Shown: piece after piece, positions 49,796-56,230 of the stretch
Layout of the letters: the number at the start of each line of letters is the position of its first letter
Numbering within the stretch: the first letter of the stretch is position 1
Source: Fibrobacteria bacterium
GTDB lineage: Bacteria > Fibrobacterota > Chitinivibrionia > Chitinivibrionales > FEN-1185
Assembly: GCA_037447435.1 (NCBI GenBank)
Contig: JBBIGR010000035.1
Location: forward strand, 1-56,230
Length of the DNA stretch: 56,230 nt
Reading direction: 5' to 3'
Notes under the pieces: generated by a model
The model's database searches: none
Told to the model about the DNA's origin: nothing
Seen by the model: only the letters and a program-made list of their open reading frames with translations
Position numbers and translations under genes: made by a program

Positions 49796-50541
49796 ATGGA
49801 AAAGAAAGCTTTGGTAACCGGAGCGAGTGAGGTATCGGAAATGTATTTGCGAAAAAACTGGCACAAAAGGGATATACGATAACCGGCGTGGCCCGGAACG
49901 AGGCCAAACTGAAAGAGTTGATTCAGACCCTCGGGCCACAGCATTCCTATATCGTTGCGGATCTTTCCACCGAAATAGGTCAGCTTAAGATTTCCCTGGA
50001 ACTGAATGCGAACAAGTACGACCTTCTGGTTAATAATGCCGGCGTAGGCATAGTCGGCCAATTCGCCGATACGCCTTTGGAAAAACAAATCTCCATGATG
50101 CGTCTCAATTGCGAAGCAGTTGTCCGATTGGCCCATGCGTTCTTGCAAAAAGCAAAATCCGGCGATGCGTTAATCAATATTTCCTCGGCAGTGGCATTTA
50201 CCCCTATGGCGTCGTTCGGTCTTTACTGCGCGACCAAGTCCTTCATAACCTCGTTTTCCGAATCCCTTTGGTATGAACAAAAGGCAAAAGGGGTTTTCGT
50301 CATGGGGTTTTGCCCGGGAATAACCTCGACCAATTTCCAGGTCAATGCCGGAGGCAGGGTAGAAGACCTGCCTAAGAACCTGGCGCAAACGCCGGAGAAA
50401 GTGGTGGACAACGCCATGAAAGCGCTTGCTTCACGCAAGAAGCCGACGGTGATTTCCGGTATGAAAAGCTGGATGTTTGCAAATTCGTCCCGATTCATGC
50501 CCCGTAAATCATTTGTCAATATGTTGGGAAAAATGATGTGA
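49796..50541 (+). pseudogene. SDR oxidoreductase missing one base near 49829-49832 (or sequencing error)
   Basis: MEKKALVTGAS is in one frame and GIGNVFAKKLA...NNAG...YCATK in another. Confidence 0.8.
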
Positions 50542-50589
50542 ACGTATATTTTTAAAGGGAATGTTTTACACTTTAACAAAGGCGGTTCT

Positions 50590-51192
50590 ATGAAATCAAT
50601 TGTCACTGCAGTCGTTTTCGCACTGTTTGCCAATGCGGCCGTTGCCGCACCAAAAACCGATCCGATGGTCGATAAGCATTTACCGACCTTCACCGTCACA
50701 AGTGCCGATCTTAAAGACGGCCAAATGCTGGGCGTCGCACAAATGAGCGGCATCTTCGGCGCAGGCGGACAAGACAAATCCCCCGAGCTTTCCTGGAAAG
50801 GCTTTCCAAAAGAAACAAAAAGCTTTGCCGTAACCGTGTACGATCCCGATGCGCCAACCGGAAGCGGATTCTGGCATTGGGCGGTAATGAATATCCCGGC
50901 TACTGTCGACAACCTCCCCACAGGGGCCGGTTCTCCTAATTCGACAATGCTTCCCCCCAAAGCCGTGCAGTTAAAAAACGACGCGGGGTTAGCGCAATTC
51001 GTGGGCGCAGCACCGCCTGTCGGCCATGGCGTCCATCATTACATTATTACGGTATATGCGGTTGATGTCGATACGCTCGACATTCCTACCACCGCCACCC
51101 CTGCGTATCTTGGGTTCAATCTCTTTACGCACGCATTGGCAAAGGCGACAATCGTCGGCAAGGCCGAACGGAAAAAGCCTGTTGATAAATAG
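50590..51192 (+). CDS. YbhB/YbcL (PEBP) family protein, secreted
   Basis: [25 protein letters not shown]...HHY. Confidence 0.92.
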   Translation: MKSIVTAVVFALFANAAVAAPKTDPMVDKHLPTFTVTSADLKDGQMLGVAQMSGIFGAGGQDKSPELSWKGFPKETKSFAVTVYDPDAPTGSGFWHWAVMNIPATVDNLPTGAGSPNSTMLPPKAVQLKNDAGLAQFVGAAPPVGHGVHHYIITVYAVDVDTLDIPTTATPAYLGFNLFTHALAKATIVGKAERKKPVDK

Positions 51193-51205
51193 TAGGATCC
51201 GGTCA

Positions 51206-51240
51206 CGCGGCAACGGGCCGGCATGGCGCCTGTTGCCGCG
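51206..51240. terminator. Hairpin between convergent genes
   Basis: CGCGGCAACGGGC/GCCTGTTGCCGCG. Confidence 0.55.
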
Positions 51241-51244
51241 CGTC

Positions 51245-51778
51245 TTATTTTCGAATTCTTTTATAATGGCTTTTAACAAGAGTATTTAAATAAACCTCGG
51301 TTTTAACATGCTCGAAACGCAATTCGTTTTTCATGGTGGCAAAGAGCGGGATTCCATTGCCGAGTATAATCGGAATTCTGGTGACGATCACGTCATCTAT
51401 CAAATCTTTTTCCAAGAAACTTTGAATCGTTTTACCGCCGTCGATATACACGGATTTAAATCCTGTCGAGTCCAGTTTTTCTAAAAGGTGATCCGGTTCG
51501 CCTTTTATCAATTCCGCCTTGGAAATCAATTTTTCCGGAATTGCGGTCAACGTGTTGCTGAGGACAAACACCTTTTTTGAATACGGCCATTGGTCAAACG
51601 ATACCGCCGTTTCAAACGTTTTTCTGCCCATGAGCACCGCATCGATTTGTTCCATGAAATCCTTAAATCCAAAATCCGTATGTTCGGGATTTGGCACTTC
51701 ATGAAGCCAATCCAAATTGCCGTCTGTTTTGGCAATATATCCGTCCAAACTGGTTGCGATATATACGAAAGTTCTCAT
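51245..51778 (-). CDS. DHFR / RibD C-terminal family protein
   Basis: IATSLDGYIA, MGRKTFE, YIDGG, PIILGNGIPLF. Confidence 0.9.
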   Translation of the reverse strand: MRTFVYIATSLDGYIAKTDGNLDWLHEVPNPEHTDFGFKDFMEQIDAVLMGRKTFETAVSFDQWPYSKKVFVLSNTLTAIPEKLISKAELIKGEPDHLLEKLDSTGFKSVYIDGGKTIQSFLEKDLIDDVIVTRIPIILGNGIPLFATMKNELRFEHVKTEVYLNTLVKSHYKRIRK

Positions 51779-51814
51779 ATGATTCTTTGGTCAGTTCGCG
51801 CTGAATGTCGCCGC

Positions 51815-52147
51815 TTATTCCGCTAGTAAATTGTATTTGCCCAGCATGTGGGTCAGTTTGTCCGGGTTGGTTACGGTAAGGCCTATTTTAAAACGCTTGT
51901 CTTTTATCGAAATGATGAACATTTTGTTTCTTTTATGTCTGTCAAAGTCCAACGGAAACCAGGTGTTTAAGTTTCCCGAACCCCATATTCTCCATTTGCC
52001 GTTCTTTATATTCGGGGTCTCAATGGAAATCGATTCGATTTCATTAAAATCAATTCTTTTAGAAAGTGGAATCGGAAAATAATATTTTTTAATGACAATG
52101 CTGTCTTCAAAAACATCCGCATAACCGTCATGGTACTGTATGCTCAT
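51815..52147 (-). CDS. Hypothetical protein (PH-like)
   Basis: RBS AAGGAG; YYFP, WRIWGSG, WFPLD. Confidence 0.7.
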   Translation of the reverse strand: MSIQYHDGYADVFEDSIVIKKYYFPIPLSKRIDFNEIESISIETPNIKNGKWRIWGSGNLNTWFPLDFDRHKRNKMFIISIKDKRFKIGLTVTNPDKLTHMLGKYNLLAE

Positions 52148-52266
52148 TCTTATTCTCCTTCCGTTTAAAAAAATGATAAGACTCGAATATCTCAATATAC
52201 CATCTGGACAAACAAAAAAGTGGTCCGTTATTTAAAAGTGCTTTGCGGTTATCCTTATGAAATGCC

Positions 52267-52779
52267 CTATTGCTGCGAAAAAATCAATTTGGTTGTGTCG
52301 ATACCAAATTCTTTTAAAGAATTCAGGTATTGATCCAATATTTCTTTTTCCATTGTTTTTTCGCGGGACAAAATCCATGCGTACTTCTTTGAACTATAAA
52401 CCAACGCGTACTTATAATCTTTATCTAATTGTATGATTTTATAGTCGCCGTAAAATGGGCCAAAAAACGATACTTTAAGATAACCAATGGTTGGGTTTCC
52501 GGCAAATTTTGCTTTTCCTGTTGCTTTTTTTACGGCATTCGTTTTACTGTCCGTCCCTTGGTTTTCTACCTTAACGGTACCGTTTTCCTTTAGAGAATAT
52601 GTGGCTGTAACGTTGGTTAAATTCTTTTCAAAAGAAGCCGGAAGCCGGGCGATTTCGTACCACAGTCCCAAATACTTGGCTAATTCAAAATCATGTATGG
52701 ATTCCATTTTTATTTCACCTTTCCCTAAACAAAAAAGTGCGAGTACGAATATTCCGATAACGTTCGAAATTTTTCCCAT
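52267..52779 (-). CDS. blc: Bacterial lipocalin
   Basis: KYLGLWYEIARL, LKVSFFGPFYGDY, WILSR. Confidence 0.9.
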   Translation of the reverse strand: MGKISNVIGIFVLALFCLGKGEIKMESIHDFELAKYLGLWYEIARLPASFEKNLTNVTATYSLKENGTVKVENQGTDSKTNAVKKATGKAKFAGNPTIGYLKVSFFGPFYGDYKIIQLDKDYKYALVYSSKKYAWILSREKTMEKEILDQYLNSLKEFGIDTTKLIFSQQ

Positions 52780-52827
52780 GAATATCTCCTTTTGTAAAAA
52801 TGCCGGCCAAACAGTGAGGTATCATGT

Positions 52828-53043
52828 TTAATTTATTTTTCGCCCACTTTTCAATTTCTTTTTCTCCAATATCTTCTTCGCTGTTTTAGTCGGAAATAGG
52901 TTTGCATAGTTTGTTTGCTGCCACTGTACGATTTTACCGAGGCAATCCCGGCAAATATCCGCCGAATGCTCCGCATCGATTTCCAAATGATTAAAAACCG
53001 GACTATAATTATTGATTTGCAACCCGCATAACGTACAATTCAT
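52828..53043 (-). CDS. Small CxxC...CxxC protein
   Basis: CTLC and CRDC; RBS AAGGA. Confidence 0.7.
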   Translation of the reverse strand: MNCTLCGLQINNYSPVFNHLEIDAEHSADICRDCLGKIVQWQQTNYANLFPTKTAKKILEKKKLKSGRKIN

Positions 53044-53110
53044 GCTTATTTCCTTTGTCCTCCTAAAAATGCTGTACATTGTTTACATTATAAAAACCGT
53101 AACCGGAAAC

Positions 53111-53578
53111 CTATCGATCAATGTATCGCATAAAATTATCCAGATTATTAAAACCGTTTCTTTTATAAATTCCTTTTCCCGCTTTGCTTGCTACCAGGTC
53201 TACTCGTTTAATTCCATTGTTTTTGCAATGTTTTAAAATTGTCTTTATTAATTTTTCCGCATATCCCTTTTTTCTGTATTCTTTATCCGTATAAACACTG
53301 TGAAGGTAGCCCGTGTCCGTATTCTCATCATACGGTGTTGGAACAAGGCTTATAAATGTTATTGCCGCACTCGCCACAACCTTTCCTCTAATTTCAATTA
53401 ACCAGGCAAAGCAGTTTTTGTTAATTTCTTTTTTCAATTTTTTTATATAATTTTGCTTCATTCTATGAATTGAAGTCTCATTTATTTCTATTTTATCATA
53501 ATTAAATATTTCACGAAACATTAACTCATGATGATCAGCCAAAACCGGAATGTCCTTGAGAGCTGCGGTTCTTATCAT
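53111..53578 (-). CDS. GNAT acetyltransferase
   Basis: VYTDKEYRKKGYA, IYKRNGF. Confidence 0.88.
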   Translation of the reverse strand: MIRTAALKDIPVLADHHELMFREIFNYDKIEINETSIHRMKQNYIKKLKKEINKNCFAWLIEIRGKVVASAAITFISLVPTPYDENTDTGYLHSVYTDKEYRKKGYAEKLIKTILKHCKNNGIKRVDLVASKAGKGIYKRNGFNNLDNFMRYIDR

Positions 53579-53596
53579 TTTATTTTTTCCACCTCA

Positions 53597-53639
53597 TATA
53601 AAGCTGATTTGCCGGCGACGTTTAATCGATTGGTTATGA
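53597..53639 (-). repeat. Internally deleted attC-like remnant
   Basis: TCATAAC-CAATCG-ATTAA left arm joined to right-arm motif CGTCGCCGGCAAAT. Confidence 0.5.
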
Positions 53640-54137
53640 TTGTAATTCACGTATGTTAAAAATAACGTTTATACTGGAATTCGGATTTATATTTTCTTGT
53701 TTATAGCCAAGACTTATTAAACTACGCCATGTAAACTTTGGCAAAACCTTATATCTAATAAATTTACGACTATTATTGTTTACAACTTCCAAAATAAGGC
53801 AATTCAGGTTATAAATTATTCTACCATTTACAATTTGGGTTTTATCAATTATGATTGATTTAACGTCTTCAGCCTTAAAGTATGAATTATCAATTCTAAA
53901 AAAACCGTTTTCAAAATATAGATTGCTAAGCCTGTTTGGAGCTTTCGAATATGAAATTGAAGATAAAATAAAAACAAATAAAAAAATGAGCCAAATTACT
54001 ATATAAGAAGAACCCGTTCCATAATTTAAAATAATAACGATTGGAATTGCAAAAACAAACAAAAAGAATCGAATTGCACGTGGTACGGCAAAAAACAGAT
54101 ATCGATTAAAAAAGCTGCTGCTAATTAGTTTCTTCAT
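53634..54137 (-). CDS. Hypothetical 2-TM protein
   Basis: AT-rich ORF whose stop lies inside the TCATAAC box. Confidence 0.65.
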   Translation of the reverse strand: MKKLISSSFFNRYLFFAVPRAIRFFLFVFAIPIVIILNYGTGSSYIVIWLIFLFVFILSSISYSKAPNRLSNLYFENGFFRIDNSYFKAEDVKSIIIDKTQIVNGRIIYNLNCLILEVVNNNSRKFIRYKVLPKFTWRSLISLGYKQENINPNSSINVIFNIRELQS

Positions 54138-54144
54138 TATTATT

Positions 54145-54180
54145 GTATAATATGTCGCGAATCTGCCGGTGATGCGTTCT
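54145..54180 (-). repeat. Right-arm remnant of an attC-like element
   Basis: CGCATCACCGGCAGAT...ATTATAC. Confidence 0.4.
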
Positions 54181-54211
54181 GGAAGGGACTACTCCCGCCA
54201 AATTCCGTCCC

Positions 54212-54862
54212 CTAACCGGCAATGCTTTTGAGTTTTCTTGCCTTTTGTATTTTAATAAATTTCTTCAAAGTGTATCCAATAAAAGCAAGTCCAACAAGGC
54301 CGTTCAAAATCCCTATTATTGCGTTCGGCAAAATTATTCTCATAACGCTTCCCAAGGCCGAAACCAAAGAAAGAAACACAAATGTAGATATTATGCAACC
54401 AAAGGCGAATAATTTTGTATTATTATCCTTTTCTTGATTAATTCTTGCGCTGAATATTCCAGTCCAAATAAGTATTGTTAAAGGACTTGATGCGGTTAAC
54501 AGTAATGCGGTTGAAAAGGTATTTAAATTTTGACCAATTATTTCCGAATGATTTTCTTGAATATTTAAATTAAAGCAGCTATCAAGAATCATTTTAATCC
54601 CAAATACAAACAATATCGAAATCCCCAAATATTCAATTATTTCTTTTGTTTTGCCATTTTTAATAAATTTCGATATACCATAAAGCGCAAGTACAATATA
54701 TAGTGCGTCAATTATTGTAACGCCAATTACTCCAAATTCCGCATTTTGAAATCCTTTTCTTGCTGCCACGTTAAGGATAAATAGGCAAACCGGTCCAATT
54801 GCCAATTGAAGCGAAATACCGAACGTAAAACCTTTAAATATATTTCCAATGCCGTTATTCAT
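54212..54862 (-). CDS. LysE family transporter
   Basis: AIGPVCLF, GF...GVTIIDALY, LTASSPLTI. Confidence 0.85.
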   Translation of the reverse strand: MNNGIGNIFKGFTFGISLQLAIGPVCLFILNVAARKGFQNAEFGVIGVTIIDALYIVLALYGISKFIKNGKTKEIIEYLGISILFVFGIKMILDSCFNLNIQENHSEIIGQNLNTFSTALLLTASSPLTILIWTGIFSARINQEKDNNTKLFAFGCIISTFVFLSLVSALGSVMRIILPNAIIGILNGLVGLAFIGYTLKKFIKIQKARKLKSIAG

Positions 54863-55029
54863 AAATACGACCTACTTTGCCGGTGACGCGTCTTCGCGAA
54901 GTACCGAACCTAAGCACTGTGGTAAAGGGAATGCGTTCGTCAACTACTGTCCTTAAAGAAACCTTTCGGCCACTGAGCTTGTCGAAGTGCGCGCATGTCC
55001 GCCGGTCAAAATTAAGCGATTAGTTGGCC
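54858..55029 (-). repeat. Long attC-like element, copy 1
   Basis: R'' GGCCAAC just after the vapC stop; arms TTTGACCGGCG/CACCGGCAAA; 54881-55010 matches 55689-55818 at 123/130. Confidence 0.7.
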
Positions 55030-55034
55030 GGTAT

Positions 55035-55394
55035 TTATTTGTATGCTATTTTTAATTTATTTGCAGATGATAGTAAACTTTTATCGCGAGTATATATTGT
55101 ACAATTTGAAATTAAGGCAGACGCCAAAAGATGCACATCGACAAAACCCATTCCGGTACCAAAAAGTCTATGTTGATCAAGAAACAAATAAAATTCTTCC
55201 TTGGTTATTTCTTGAACCAAAGGCAAAGCATTTAATAAAGTAAAAATCAATTTCCGGTTCTTAAAATTGCCGCAGGCAAGTTCACCAATTACGAATGAAT
55301 GCGTGGCAACTTTATTTTCATTTAATAAAAATTCAAGGTTGCTATCACCCAAATTAAAATGGTCTATCCAAACTGAAGTATCTACCAAAACCAT
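55035..55394 (-). CDS. vapC: VapC PIN-domain toxin
   Basis: VLVDTSVWI, VIGELACG, GFVDVHLLAS, TRDK. Confidence 0.9.
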   Translation of the reverse strand: MVLVDTSVWIDHFNLGDSNLEFLLNENKVATHSFVIGELACGNFKNRKLIFTLLNALPLVQEITKEEFYLFLDQHRLFGTGMGFVDVHLLASALISNCTIYTRDKSLLSSANKLKIAYK

Positions 55395-55395
55395 A

Positions 55396-55590
55396 TTATT
55401 TTTCAATTCTTCGTCTTTTAATATATTTAACACCATGTTCGCTTCCGCCCAATTGGGCCAATCTTTTACTGCTTTCTCTAGAAATTAAAGACTGCAAACC
55501 TAATTTAACTAAAGATGTTTTTTCTTTAATTCCCGTTAAATCAGAAGCCTTTTTAAGTATTGCATCATCAATTATTAATGTTGTTCGCAT
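55396..55590 (-). CDS. vapB: VapB antitoxin
   Basis: MRTTLIIDD...TGIKEKT...LAQLGGS; RBS AAGGAGG. Confidence 0.9.
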   Translation of the reverse strand: MRTTLIIDDAILKKASDLTGIKEKTSLVKLGLQSLISRESSKRLAQLGGSEHGVKYIKRRRIEK

Positions 55591-55603
55591 AAATTTTCCT
55601 CCT

Positions 55604-55634
55604 TATGCATATAAATATGTATCAAATATGCATA
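55604..55634 (-). promoter_or_regulatory. Inverted-repeat operator of vapBC
   Basis: TATGCATAT-N13-ATATGCATA adjoining the RBS. Confidence 0.6.
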
Positions 55635-55665
55635 CAAACCAAGAAAATTCCGCTGTTTCCCATTC

Positions 55666-55837
55666 GGCTAACATGCGTATTACCGTGTCGGTGACGCGTC
55701 TTCGCGAAGTACCGAACCTAAGCGCTGAGGTAAAGGGAATGCGTCCGTCAACTACTGTCCTTAAAGAAACCTTTCGGCCACTGAGCTTGTCGAAGTGCGC
55801 GCACGACCATCGGTCAAACTTGAACACCTGGTTATGC
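55666..55837 (-). repeat. Long attC-like element, copy 2
   Basis: R'' GCATAAC contains the upstream stop codon; L''-like TTCAAG; R' GTTAGCC. Confidence 0.75.
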
Positions 55838-56110
55838 GGCTTTTCTTATTTCTTCCGATTCGTATTCTGGGAACATAATAATGGCGGGATGTACGTTGAA
55901 AGCATGCGCAAGCTGTTCTGCCCGTCTTTTTCCTATTTCTACTCTGTTGTTTTCAAGAAGACTGATATTTGTGGCATTTATTTTGCAGCGTTTTGCCAGT
56001 TCTTCCTGAGTCCATTCCTTTAATTCACGAAGCATCTTGATCACTTCGCCGGTAGTTAAAACAGCATGCTGTTTGGCAGGTCCGAAATCGTTTTTATTAA
56101 TTTTATTCAT
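55832..56110 (-). CDS. XRE HTH antitoxin (HigA-like)
   Basis: LRELKEWTQEELA...ISLLEN; follows a RelE-like remnant. Confidence 0.85.
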   Translation of the reverse strand: MNKINKNDFGPAKQHAVLTTGEVIKMLRELKEWTQEELAKRCKINATNISLLENNRVEIGKRRAEQLAHAFNVHPAIIMFPEYESEEIRKAA

Positions 56111-56121
56111 TTTATTTCTCT

Positions 56122-56190
56122 TTAATATTCATGTGGATTAATTTCGAGTACAAAGACGGTTACAATATCTTCCTCCCCTCTCTGACTATA
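56122..56190 (-). pseudogene. C-terminal remnant of a RelE/HigB-type toxin
   Basis: EEDIVTVFVLEINPHEY*, with an in-frame TAA at 56191-56193 upstream. Confidence 0.6.
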
Positions 56191-56230
56191 TTAATGAGAC
56201 CATTTAATGCTCTGTGCTAAGTAACACCGA

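Noticed and set aside
51779..53110. attC sites between the distal array genes
   Set aside because: Only a GTTTGGCCGG fragment near 52805; no pairable arms.
54881..55818. 130-bp direct repeat as a CRISPR array or IS ends
   Set aside because: Only two long copies flanking whole genes; no spacers, cas genes or transposase.
55603..56023. ORFs 55603-55827 (-) and 55628-56023 (+)
   Set aside because: They are translations of the attC-like repeat or antisense to the antitoxin.
1..56230. tRNA, rRNA, prophage, integrase or anti-phage defence genes
   Set aside because: None were recognisable by eye; Rfam and defence-system scans were not run.

Overview
This is a bacterial chromosomal window of about 50% GC, turning AT-rich over the last ~4.5 kb. 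T9SS-like C-terminal domains, DUF2723, type III glutamine synthetase and an AgmX/PglI-like protein suggest an FCB-group organism, possibly Fibrobacterota; that is inference only. In order, it holds: (1) the end of a caa3-type oxidase cluster (coxB, ctaB) with an orphan BrnA/CopG-type gene; (2) a sigma54-preceded oxidative-stress operon (His-rich membrane protein, an unannotated 30-aa paralogous microprotein, ferritin-like protein, Fe-SOD); (3) two signalling operons, one placing an intact PTS Enzyme I between a kinase/receiver pair and a receiver-GGDEF protein; (4) mgtA abutting a stand-alone EIIA gene; (5) two ECF/anti-sigma pairs; (6) housekeeping genes (aspS, glgA with a probable ATT start, GSIII, CdaA-YbbR fusion, ferredoxin, HD-GYP, murB, pyk); (7) an AT-rich co-oriented array resembling a decaying integron cassette array, with unusually long attC-like repeats and toxin-antitoxin genes. 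The best candidates for new biology are the HK-REC-EI-REC/GGDEF operon with the mgtA-EIIA pair, the membrane protein/microprotein pair, and the ~170-bp attC-like elements. All calls come from reading motifs by eye; no database search was run.
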